A stretch of DNA of 64,000 bases from the NCBI GenBank assembly GCA_030390025.1, contig CM059431.1, forward strand, positions 155,126,001-155,190,000, written 5' to 3'. Positions 13,568-25,389 of the stretch are shown in pieces (the stretch's first letter is position 1; each line of letters starts with the position of its first letter). A model generated the notes under the pieces. That model was not told the origin of the DNA. It saw only the letters and a program-made list of their open reading frames with translations, and made no database searches. The position numbers and the translations under genes are program-made. The DNA comes from Squalus acanthias (lineage: Eukaryota).

Positions 13568-15700
13568 TGCAGTATTCCAGGAGCGGACTCACCAATACCT
13601 TATATAACTGCAGCAATACCTCCCTGCTTTTATAATCTATCCCACTAGCAATAAAAGCCAACATTCCGTTTGCCTTCTTGATCACCTGCTGCACCTGCAT
13701 ACTAACTTTTAGATTTTCTTGCACTAGAACCCCCAGATCCCTTTGTACTGCAATACTTGCCAGTTGCTCGCCATTAAGATAATAACTTGCTCTCAGATTT
13801 TTCCTGCCAAAATGCATAACCTCACATTTTCCAATATTGTATTGCATCTGCGAAATCTCCGCCCACTCACCCAGCCTGTCTTTATCCCCTTGTAGGTTTT
13901 TTATGTCCTCCTCACTTTCTACTTTCCCTCCCATCTTTGTATCATCTGCAAACTTTGATATGTTACACTCGGTCCCCTCCTCCAAATCGACAATATTAAT
14001 GGTAAAGAGTTGGGGACCAGCAACGACCCCTGCGGAACACCACTGGCTAATGATTGCCAGTCCGACAATGAACCATTTATCCCTACTCTCAGCTTCCTGT
14101 TAGATAACCAATCCTCCACCCATGCCAGAATAATACCTCCAATCCAGTGATTTTTTATCTTGAGCAATAATCTTTTATGTGGCACCTTGTCGAATGCATT
14201 CTGGAAGTCTAAATACACTACGTCCACTGGTTACCCTTTAACCACCCTGTACGTTATGTCCTGAAAGAACTCAAGCAAATTTGTCAGACATGACTTCCCC
14301 TTCATAAAGCCATGCTGACTTTGTCCTATTAAATTATGTTTCACTAAATGTTCCGTTACTGTCTCCTTAATAATAGACTCCAAAATTTTAACCACCACAG
14401 ATGTTAGGCTAACTGGTCTATAATTTCCAGCCTTCTGCCTACTACCCTTTTAAATAAGCGTGTTACATTAGCAGTTGTCCAACCAGCCGGGACCTGTGCT
14501 GAGTCCAGGGAATTTAAACAAATTATTACCAAAGCATCCACAATCCCTACTGCCACTTCCCTCAAGACCCTAGGATGTAAGCCATCAGGTCCAGGGGATT
14601 TATCCGCCATGAGTCCCATTATTTTATGAGTACCAATTCCTTAGTGATTTTAATCGTATTTAGCTCCTCCCCCCCCCCCCCCCCCTCCCTAGAGCCCTCT
14701 GTTTGTCCAGTGTTGGGATATTCTTAGTGTCCTCTACCATAAAGATTGAAACACAATATTTGTTCAGCATTTTTGCCATCTCCATGTTTCCCACCATTAA
14801 TTTCCCGGTCTCATCCTCTAAGGGATCTACGTTTGCCTTAACCACCCTTTTACTTTTGATATAACTATAGAAAGTCTTGCTATCTGTTTTTATATTTTTT
14901 GCTAATTTATTTTCATAATCTATCTTCCCTTTCTTAATCAATCCTTTAGTTACTTTTTGCTGTATTTTGAAGACTTCCCAATCTTCTATCCTCCCACTAA
15001 GATTGGCTACCTTATACGTCCTTGTTTTTAGTCGGATACTATCCTTAATTTCTTTACTTTGCCACGGTTGGCTGTCATTTCTTTTACACCCTATTTTCCT
15101 CAGTGGAATATAATTTTTTTTTAAGTTGTAAAGTAACTCCTTAAATGAACACCACTGCTCATGTACCAACTTACCCTTTAATCTATTTTCCAAGTCCACT
15201 TTCATCAATTCCACTCTCATAACATCATAGTCTCCTTTATTCAAGCTCAGTACGCTTGTTTGAGAACCAACCTTCTCACCCTCTAATTGGATATGGAATT
15301 CAAACATGTTATGGTCATTCATTCGAAGGGGATCCTTAACTAGGACATTATTAATTAATCCTGACTCATTACAAAGGACCAGGTCCACGGTTGCTTGCCC
15401 CCTTGTAGGATCAGTTACATACTGCTCCAGAAATACATCCCTAATACTCTCAATAAACACTTCCTCAAGGCCGCCCTGCCTAATTTGATTTGTCCAGTTA
15501 ATATGATAGGTAAAATCCCCCATAATTATAGTTGTTCCCTTATTACATGCCCCAACTATTTCCTGATTAATACTTCTTCCAGCAGAGTTGCAACTATTAG
15601 GAGGCCTATATACTACTCCCACTATTGTTTTTTTCCCCTTATTATTCCTTAACTCCACCCAAACTTTTTCATTATCCTGATCCGTTGACCCAATATCATT

Positions 15701-16127
15701 TAGAAACATAGACATAGAAACATAGAAAATAGGTACAGGAGTAGACCATTCGGTCCTTAGAGCCTACAGCGCCATTCAATGCGTTCATGGCTGAACATGC
15801 TACCTCAGTACCCCATTCCTGCTTTCTCGCCATTCCCCTTGATCCCCCTAGTTGTGAGTATTATATCTAACTCCCTTTTGAATATATTTAGCGAACTGGC
15901 CTCAACAACCTTCTGTGGTAGAGAATTCCACAGATTCCCCACTCTCTGGGTGAAGAAGTTCCTCCTCATCTCAGTCTTAAATGGCTTCCCCTTTATCCTT
16001 AGACTGTGACCCCTGGTTTTAGTTTTCCCTAACATTGGAAACATTCTGCCCGCATCTAATTTGTCTAAACCAGTCAGGATTTTAAACGTCTCGATAAGAT
16101 CCCCCTTCATTCTTCTGAACTCCAGTG
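15701..16127 (-). mobile_element. 5'-truncated young CR1 3' end
   Basis: Near-identical to 53385-53805; (TAGAAACA)n tail. Confidence 0.9.
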
Positions 16128-16843
16128 ATTCCTTCCTTTATTAACAAAGCCACCCCACCTCCCCTTTCTTCCTGCCTGTTCTTCCTGATTGTTAAATACC
16201 CTGGCATATTTAATTCCCAGTCGTTGTCACCCTGCAGCCATGTTTCTGTAATGGCTACAAGATCATACCAATAAGTAGTTATTTTTGCCGTTAACTCATC
16301 CATTTTGTTACGAATGCGACGTGCATTCAGATAAAGAACTTTCAAATACGTTTTGTGACATGTAGTTCCTGCTTTTTCCTTTTTTAACACTTTACCTTTT
16401 ACTCCATACCTTCTGTCCCTTCCTGACAAGCTTTCCTCTGTCTCCCTGCTCAGGTGCCCAACCCTCTGCCACTTTAGTTTAAACCCTCCCCAACAGCACT
16501 AGCAACCACTCCCCCTAGGATAGCGGTCCCGGCCCTGCCCAGGTGCAGACCGTCCGGTTTGTACTGGGCCCACCTCCCCCAGGCTCGGTTCCAATGTCCC
16601 AGGAATTTGAATCCCTCCCCCTTGCACCATTCCACTAGCCACGTATTCATTTGAAATATCCTCCTATGTCTACACTGACTAGCACGTGGCACTGGTAGTA
16701 ATCCTCAGATTGCTGCCTTTGAGGTCCTACTTTTGATTTACCTCCTAACTCCCTATATTCTGCTTTTAGGACCACATCCCCTTTTGTACCTATATCGTTG
16801 GTACCTATGTGCACCACTACAGCTGGCTGTTCGCCCTCCCCCT

Positions 16844-17533
16844 CCAAAAGTGCGTAGGTCCCTGAAGGTGGCAGGACATATTGAGAGAATGGTTAACAAA
16901 GCATATGGGATCTCGTGCTTCATAAATAGAGGAATTGAGTACAAAAGTAGAGAAGTTATGCTGAAGCTTTATAAAGCGCTGGTTAGGCCACAACTGGTGT
17001 ATGCCGTCCAGTTCTGGTCACCGCACTTTAGGAAGGATGTGAAGGCACTTGAGAGGGTGCAGAGGAGATTTACAGAATAGTTCCGGGGATGGGGTATCTT
17101 TGTTACAAGGACAGGTTGGACAAGCTGGATTTGTTTTCATTAGAGCAAAGGAGGTTGCGGGTTGATTTTATTGAGGTGTACAAGCTTATGACGGGTTTGG
17201 ATAGGCTAGACGGGAAAGGCTGTTCCCACTTGTTGTTTGTACAAGGACTAGGGGCACAGATCTAAGGTTTTGGGCAAGAGATACAGGGTGAATGTGAGGA
17301 AAAACAGTCTTACACAGTGAGTGGTGAAGAACTGGAACTCACTGCCGACGTAAGTGGTGGAAGTGGAGAAACTCAATGTTTTCAAGGGGAGGCTGGATAG
17401 GCACTTCGGGAAATAAACTTGCAGGGATACGGGGATAGAGTGGGGGAATGGGCCGGACTGGATAGCACTACAGAGAGTCGGCACGGACTCGATGGGCCGA
17501 ATGGCCTCCTTCTGTACCAGTATGACTCTGACT
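16844..17533 (+). mobile_element. CR1 3' fragment
   Basis: LYKALVRPQLVYAVQFWSP..LERVQRRFT; tail gggccgaatggcctccttctg..(TATGACTC). Confidence 0.85.
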
Positions 17534-17539
17534 ATCTTG

Positions 17540-18491
17540 TATAAATCTTACGAAACAGGCGACAGCCGGACTTTACAGGGGAGCGGAAGCACGATTTAAT
17601 GATGACACTCCCCTCGAGGAGGCCGTGCTGGCCGTGATCTGGAGGGAAGTGGCAGACACAGTGTCCAAATGCAGAGCCGAGGACATCTCGCCTAGAGGTA
17701 TGTGACCACTGCAACTTCCTTGCAGATGAACAACTATTCCTAATCGCGAATCTTCCTAAGCGATCCTCACTCGCAAGCTTCATATGATCTCATCACACGC
17801 ATCCTCCAATAGTAGCCACACGCGCTCCACCCTAACCCTTCCAACTGTATCAGTGCAGGCGTCCATGAGCCAGACCCACCTCGCCCCGTGGAGCAGGTTG
17901 GAGAAGAGCAGCAACCTCCTCCTCCTCCAGAGGAGTAGAACAGCACGGAGGAGGATAGCGGGGAAGAATACACTGCGTCAATGGTTACCAATGTCAGAGG
18001 CACCAGCTCAAAGACCGGCACCATACGCAACATAGAGGGTAACATAGTAAAACTTTAAATACATTAAAAAAAAAATCTCATTTTTCAAATGACTGGAAAG
18101 TAAACTAAATTTACTATTTTAAACAAAAAATTACATTTTTCAAAAAAATAATTAAAGTTTTTTTACGGGGCTTAAAATAAACTTACCTTTTTTAAAGTAT
18201 TGTTAAATGATAAATTAGTGAAAATTAAAAAAATAAACTTTCACAGACTTTTTACCAGGCGCAAGAATTGTAAGGGTTTTCTGCGGGCGGAGGGTCTACA
18301 AAAAGCGGAACTCTCCCACCGCAGAGGCCCTTCTCCCGGGCAGCGGGAGGGTCTGTCAAGAGCTTTCTTGACAAATCGGAAATGCCGGTTTCTAGCGCAT
18401 GCGCAGTGCATGCCTGAAACCGGCATTACTGATGTCACTACGGGTGCGTACACAGCGCGTACCCAGCCGTAGTTACCGGAATACCCGGCCC
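17540..18491 (+). mobile_element. Non-autonomous DNA-transposon relic, possibly Harbinger-derived
   Basis: AVIWREVADTVSKCR (Myb/SANT-like) at about 17630-17675; AT-rich core and GCGCATGCGCAGTGCATGCC block shared with 33335-33888 and 39002-39765; ends ..ggaatacccggccc. Confidence 0.5.
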
Positions 18492-19206
18492 ATTATTTGT
18501 TTTGCAACATTACCAGCCTATGCGCATTTGAATATTATTTTTGTTTTCAATTAACTTTTGTTGATAAAATTAATTTTTGAATCTTCACGAGGTTGGATTA
18601 CGAGCTATTGACGATTCCAAATGCTTTCACCGGTGTCAAACCATTAATATTTACCAATCGATTGATGTGTCATTTAAAGTGACTGACCTCGAGCCCATGT
18701 ACACTGGGTTTAGTGCAGACTTTGTTCCTTTGGATGAGCCGGTCACTTACTGAGCGGTTGGATCTTCCAGTGCTAGTCCCAGAATTCCCGAGTATCTCGG
18801 GCATTGGGTTCAAGGCCCCATCTGCAGTTAATGTCTGTACTGCCGGCCTCACTGTCTAACAGGGGTGAATATCTGAAAGCGACGGACTGGGCTGATTTTT
18901 ACATATATCCACATTGGGAACCGAGCCAGTACATAGCTGATTCATTATTTTTTGTTGATGTCTTTATTTATTGGAAAGCCTCCTGAACATCAGCAATACG
19001 TGTCAATAAGGGACTGTGGGTTTGAAGCTGAAAAACATTCAGGAAAAAATATGGAATCTTCACTTGATTGTTAATGTAAAAATTGTTCAAAAAAAATGAA
19101 TGGGCAGGGCTCCAGCGGGGAAATGCCTCCGATCAGCAATTAAAATCCACGCCTACCTTCTTTCTCGGGATTCACGGAGACTCGCGCTCCTGGGCCGCTG
19201 CACATA

Positions 19207-20760
19207 GGAATTTTTAATGGGGAACAAAGAAATGGCAGCTCAATTAAGTACATACTTTGGTTCTGTCTTCAAAAAGGAGGACACAAATAACCTCCCAGAG
19301 ATGTCGGGGAATATAAGGTCTAATGAGATGGAGGAACTGAAAGAAATCATTATTTGTAGGGAAATAGTGTTAGGGAAATTGACGTGTTTAAAGGCAGATA
19401 AATCCCCAGGGCCTGATAATCTACATCCTAGGGTACTTAAGGAAGTGGCCCTCGAAACAGTAGATGCATTGCTGATCATCTTCCAAAATTCTACAGACTC
19501 TGGAACAGTGCCCATGGATTGGAGGGTAGCTAATGTTACCCCACTATTTAAAAAAGGTGGTAGAGAGAAAACGGGGAATTATATCCGGTAAGCCTGACAT
19601 CGGTAGTGGGGAAAATGCTAGAGTCCATTATAAAAGATGTAATAGCAGAGCACTGGGAAAACATTGACAGGATCGGACAAAGTCAACATGGATTTACAAA
19701 AGGTAAATCGTGCTTGACTAATCTACCTAATTTTTTTGAGGATGTAAATGGTAAAATAGATAAGGGAGAACCAGTGGATGTGGTGTATTTGGACTTTCAG
19801 AAGGCTTTAGATAAGGTCCCGCGTAAGAGATTGGCGTGCAAAGTTAAGGCACATGGGATTGGGGGAAAGGTATTGACTTTGGATAGAGAACTGCTTGGCA
19901 GACAGAAAGCAAAGAGTTGGAATAAATGGGTCTTTTTCCGAGTGGCAGGCAGTGACTAGTGGGGTACCGCAGGGTTCGGCCCTGGGACCCCAGCTATTCA
20001 CAATATATATTAATGAGCTAGACGAGGGAAATGGATGTAATATCTCCAAGTTTGCAGATGACACAAAGCTGGGTGGGTGTGTGTGCCGTGAGGAGGATGC
20101 CGAGAAACTCCAGTATGATTTGGATAGGTTGGGTGATTGGGCAGTAGCATAGCAGATGCAATATAATGTGGATAAATGCGAGGTTAATCACTTTGGTGTC
20201 AAAAACAGGAAGGCAGATTATTATCTGAATGGCAATAGTTTGGGAGAAGGAGAAGTGCAACGAGACCTGGGTGTCATTGTGCACCAGTCGCTGAAGGTAA
20301 GCATGCAGGTGCAGCAGGCGTTTAAGAAGGCAAATGGTATGTTGGCCTTCGTAGCGAAAGGGTTCTAGTACAGGAACAAGGATGTCTTGCTGTTGTTGTA
20401 CAGGGCCTTGGTGAGTCCACATCTTGAGTATTGTGCACAGTTTTGATCGCCTTATCTGTTCTTGCCATGGAGGGACTGCAGCGAAGATTCACCAGGCTGA
20501 TACCTTGGATGGCAGGAATGATGTATGAGGAGTGATTGGGTCGATTGGGCTTATACTCGCTGGAGTTTAGAAGAATGAGAGGGGATCTCATTGAAACTTA
20601 TAAAATTCTAACAGGACTAGACAGACTAGATGCAGGAAAGATGTTCCCGATGGCCGGTGAGTCCAAAACCAGGGGTCACAGTCTAAGGATAAGGGAAAAG
20701 ACATTTAGGACTGAGATGAGGAGGAATTTCTTCACCCAGAGAGTGGTGAACCTGTGGAAT
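19207..20760 (+). mobile_element. CR1 ORF2 3' half, left part (host of provirus 1)
   Basis: RT motifs in ORFs 19217-20368; ends RRNFFTQRVVNLWN exactly at the LTR junction. Confidence 0.93.
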
Positions 20761-22383
20761 TGTAAGGGGGCGTGTCTCAGACGGTGCTGGTGCGAGGTTA
20801 GGCCTTCGTTGCCTTATACTATTGCTTGCTCTGGTCTCCGGCCAGCCTTTTTGCAATAAGCACTTGTGACTGTTTCGACCCACTCGCCCTTACGGTTCTA
20901 ACACTGGACTTTGGTGCAGGGAGCAGTAATGGAGAGAAAACTCAAATAGACCCGGTTGAATAGTACGAAATGGAAATCTTTATTGCATAGCGTCCAAAAT
21001 CATGAAGTACATGTCATAGGCGCAAATCAACGAGAGTACAAGTATACATACATTCATAAAGCTTGGTCTATGGAAATGAAGAACACACGGCACATCGGAA
21101 AAAGGGGAAGACATTATACCTTAACTATATTAAAAACCTCCCTCCCTTAACAATACCTACTCTACGTCTAGTTTTGTAGGATCCAAAACATGCTCACCAC
21201 TCGTGTTACTTCGGAAATTTTTAAAGTGAGGCACTCAGCTCGTTTTGCTGCAGTGCCTGACTGTCACGTGTTTGGAAGGGCTTCTGCACCCCACTTGTTT
21301 ACTTTCGCTGCTGCGAAAAGCAGGCCAGACTCTCTGTTGTCATGAAGAACTCGGCAGAACTCGGAAGTTTGTAAAATTCAAAAAGAAGAGTCTTACTGTG
21401 CTCGATGCAGGTTGTAGTCGGTAGAACTCAAAGAAGAGTTTTTTATTTATATTATCCAGCGCGGTCGGGGTTTACTGACCGTGGCGGCACGTGGATTCTT
21501 CTCGTCTTCTCCTCTTCTCGTCTATTCGGGCCTCCGGGTCCAGACACCGTTTACCGACACTCGGGATGGTGTACCCTGTTACTTGCCCTTGTCGGGGCGG
21601 CTTTTCCGATTGAGCTCCACCCAACATTCGAATAACCTACCAGTACGGCTAAGAGTCAAGAGTCAACACAGTCCAGAGAAACACAAAAGTCCAGCTCCAA
21701 GGAAGAGCTTCAGCAAGGGTCCGCCGAGAGATAAGAGAAAAATAAGAGAGCGATGGACATTTGTTCTCTATAGTTATAGTGCTGTGTCCCCTTATCTCCC
21801 GCTCAAATCTTAATGTTTGTCCTTTGTGTAATATTGGCGCACAAAACTCCCAGCATGGGGCGATTCTTCTCTTTAACGGGTTTTGGTAGCACCTGAAAAT
21901 GGCCAACTATCCGTTAATGTTTTCCCCATTGTTGACCCAGCCAGGAGTCTCCCTGACTGGTTTTGGGGCCTCCCCGAATACTGACTTAATCACCCGTCAT
22001 TGTCTCTCTGATTGTAGAGACGTGGGAGTATTTGTGTATTGATGTGTCTGGATGGGCCTTCAATTGCCCAGTACAATGGTCCTTACTGTGCATAGGAAAA
22101 CGATTCCAGCACTTATATCTTTGCTATTGTTCCAAATGCAAACGGGTTGCATCCTGTCTTTATCAGTGTTTACCGAGTATGATCCAATCTTATACTGAAT
22201 GTTTATTCGACGCCATCTTGTCTGCCCACTGAATTTCTGGAAGCTTCTGCCACGATGCGCGGCGGCCATTTTACAGGCTTCTGTGTCCTTTATTATCAGG
22301 ACAGCATTTCGTTTAATAAAACTGATCAAACGAATCTGCTTCTCTCTTGTTATTTTGAATCGCGATAATTGCAAAACTTTACA
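20761..22383 (-). repeat. 3' LTR of provirus 1 (1623 bp)
   Basis: Direct repeat of 31495-33117; TG..CA termini; minus-strand AATAAA at about 20979-20984 and TATA-like TATAAATA at about 21445-21452. Confidence 0.95.
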
Positions 22384-22638
22384 GTCCCCCCTGTTGATGC
22401 GAATAACTCCGCTTATCATATCAATTAAAAAGGTGGTGAGCAAAATTATCCCGTTTCTCAGCATCCAAACACTCCCGGTACTTAAACTATCTATGGCCTC
22501 CATGCTGTTCTCATTTCCCAGAGAAAACACATGGCCTATCTTGGACAAATCGTAGGCAGTATTGCCTTTAAACTTACACTGCTTATATGCCTTCCAGGTG
22601 CAAAAGGCCGATGCCTCTCGCACCACCTGTATATGCAT
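22060..22638 (-). CDS. Putative accessory ORF (orfX, 192 aa) spanning PPT and U3
   Basis: Open frame between env and U3; homologous peptides recognisable in the LTR region of provirus 2; polypyrimidine tract + CAG acceptor at about 22627. Confidence 0.6.
   Translation of the reverse strand: MHIQVVREASAFCTWKAYKQCKFKGNTAYDLSKIGHVFSLGNENSMEAIDSLSTGSVWMLRNGIILLTTFLIDMISGVIRINRGDCKVLQLSRFKITREKQIRLISFIKRNAVLIIKDTEACKMAAAHRGRSFQKFSGQTRWRRINIQYKIGSYSVNTDKDRMQPVCIWNNSKDISAGIVFLCTVRTIVLGN
22384..22393 (-). promoter_or_regulatory. Polypurine tract
   Basis: Minus strand CAGGGGGGAC directly before the 3' LTR TGTAA. Confidence 0.75.
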
Positions 22639-22777
22639 GTTTTATTATAAAAGGAAAAAATAAACAAACCAACTATTTCAAAAATACAAAAGTTCCGAAC
22701 TTAGTTACACATATTCATAACTAACAACAATTACAAAATACACACATGGTAAAATGGAGCAGCGTCATCCTGGCCGT

Positions 22778-25120
22778 TTACGCGGTACTTTCCTTGTTCA
22801 CTCGCACGTAATGTTCTCTCCACTCCCCTGTTTTCTTCTGACTCGTGAGGCGTTTGCCTCTTTTGCAGTGTACGACCAATAGGTACACTACAATTACGAC
22901 TTGACACACTACCAAAATGTGGGAGGCTATCCTGATCCATGACGGGACTTCAATATTAGTGAACAGATCCCACCACAGTGGGATTACTATATCTAATATC
23001 TTGCCCCTATCTCTACAGTCTTTTGTTCCAGGGTGTAAAAATGTTTCTGTGATATCATGACGGCTTTTAAAATCTTGGTGAGGTGTTCAGGGAGAGGGGG
23101 AATGATGTATCCGAAATGCGCGATGAATCGCTGCAAGTCTGTGAAATTCTCTTTTACAGTGAGGTGAACAGTTCAGGGATCGGGACAATTCGCTGTTGTG
23201 CCACTTGAACATCAGCCCTGGGTTTAAAACAGAAACTGCTGTCACTCACCGGACACCGGCTGTGCTGTCCATGCTGGTAGTGTTGCGCTGCAATGGTAAC
23301 GCAATACGTTCCACCGCCTATGTATGCCACCTGTGGCGGCACATGATCCTGTGTCATTGCTTCAATGGTGCAACTCATGGGCTTCGCGCCAGCCGTTCTG
23401 AACCCGCATTGTGGTGTGAAAAAGGCATTCAAGTGCTGGGGACACAGTATGTTGTGTGCTCCCCGGCCACGACAACCCGAAAGGTCGGTACCTGTCATCG
23501 TTTGCTCCCAGCGGATGACGTAAGGTGGGACCGCTGCTTAGCGAATGTGGGCTCCCCCCTGAATGGCAGCAATGTTCTCCACCCGGTACACCGGGGCGGG
23601 CTTTGCTGTGTCTCCCAACACCGGCATCCATGCTACTATCCCCATGATAGTGTGATTTGACCGTCCGCAGTCCACTGGGACTGGGTATGCATCTGAGGGT
23701 AGCCTGAGCTGGCACGGGCTTAATGGGTTCTGAAAAGGGTGGAGCGCTTGCAGGTGTTTGTTACTTATCCAGGACGGGACCAAACCTTGTTTTAAATCCT
23801 CCAAATTACTGCGGCCCTCGCCCAGTAACCACGCCCCGTATAGTACGCACACCTCGTTCTGCGCAGCTTGATCGGATGCATTTCGATCTTCCCTGATCAG
23901 GGCATTTACCGTTCTTGCATGCTTCTCCAGCTCTGCTATAATCTCTTTTAAGTGTAGTGTAATGGCCTGCTCCTCATGTAACTCAGACCCTACTAACTTG
24001 TTCTCGTTTGTGAGGATGCTTTTTAACTGTGTTTTTAAACCGTTGATCTGGGTCTGCAGCTCCACATTGTCTAGAGCGTTGACCACAGATGGTCCCGTAT
24101 TAAAAGCAGTGAACACATCGTTCGCAAACCCATTCTTTGTCTCCCCACCTGACCCAAAACTTCGTGTGGTGTTGTGTATAAGCTTGTTTTGTCAACCTCT
24201 GCAAAATCAAACTCATAAAATTGCCTGAAAATGTTTGTTAACAGGACCTCGTACAATTGTTCCATTTCTTTATGACACCTCTCTGGTAAATGCACCTCGG
24301 TGAGATTTCGAATCACCGAAGCCACCGCCTAATGTACCCCTTGATATAATATCTGATCTGTTGGCAACAGTACCAGACCATTCCCGGGCCCCTTAGTGGT
24401 TTTAGGGCACCCTTCCTCCTGAGCCAATGCCACCGGAATCGTGGGCGGAGACTTGCGTGGGCGCGTGATGAGCGCAGTGGCGTTTACGGGGATCGGGGAG
24501 AATGGAGCTCTGCACCCATTGGTGCTGACATCACACCTCATCCCTTTCCCGTCATCCTGCCACTGTTGTAGGAAAAATATGGATATACCCTTGGGGCAAA
24601 CGTACTTCGATCCCCACATACAAACATATATTCCCTCATCCGGTTCCCACCATTTGTCCCAACAGACTTTCAATTGTCCGTTAGTCCCCGTAATTGTCCG
24701 ATGGGTATTGTTACCCAATCGCTCCCACTCGACCGAGGAATATCTCATAGTCTTGCTTAACTTCCGTAACCACCACCATCGGCTCAATGGGACCTACCCA
24801 TTGCACGTCAAACAAATCCTTTTGCCGACGGTGACACTCATTCTGGGTGCAACGATCCTCACCCTGTGACACAGTAAAGAAGTCTCTTTGTACGCAAAGC
24901 CGGATGCGCTGGAGTATTCCGTCGAATTCTTTCCCAGACATCCCGGCCACCTTCCCTTGTGGAAATAAGTGGCGGTTTCCTCAGCATTTTGCTCCCCGGT
25001 CCCATCCTTCGCGATGGGGGCCGTGTCCCCGGAGCAACCGAACACAACGACATCCTTGGTGAGGCCCCGATAGGTAAATCCATATCCGATCGTTGCGAGC
25101 ACTGTCAGAATCATTTCCAT
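22778..25120 (-). pseudogene. env: Envelope glycoprotein: signal peptide, Ig-like domain, furin site, F-type fusion subunit, TM anchor (stops and frameshifts)
   Basis: MEMILTVLATIGYG signal; VTVGKRICLTC..WWWLRK..DEGIYVC; RQRM-G (RQRR-G in provirus 2); heptad ELQTQINGLKTQLKSIL; Cys-rich region; TM IASHILVVCQVVIVVYLLVVHC; basic tail ending KESTA-stop. Confidence 0.85.
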
Positions 25121-25389
25121 ATCTCCTGGTTCCTGTGATCAGATAAAATGATGTTGCCAGCCTCCCAAGAGTCTCTGGCTTTTGTGAAGGGTGAGCGGGT
25201 CCCTTGACCTCGTCTCACGTACAAAGACATGTATACTGGATAGACCTTAACTATTACTATCACTAACTCCCATCATTTCAACATTTACTTATAAAATTAA
25301 ACTAAAATCTTACCAAACGTAAAACACTATAAACTTCAACTTAACCTAAACATAACTGTACAGCGCCGCCCGTTCCCAGGGCGGCCTAC

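Larger units (their letters stand above)
12692..16843 (-). mobile_element. CR1 LINE (esterase end, ORF2, 3' tail), interrupted by nested insertions
   Basis: ORFs 16647-16847 HIGTND, 16474-16692 DGLHL, 16082-16429 YLNARR..ITETWL, 14660-15715, 13464-14619 RT, 12891-13262 C-terminus; (AAGAACAT)n tail at 12692. Confidence 0.92.

Noticed and set aside
20761..22030. Short ORFs in the LTRs on either strand (e.g. 21481-21813, 20956-21150 and their copies in the other LTR)
   Set aside because: Repeated only because the LTR is duplicated; no homology seen in the provirus 2 LTR, unlike orfX
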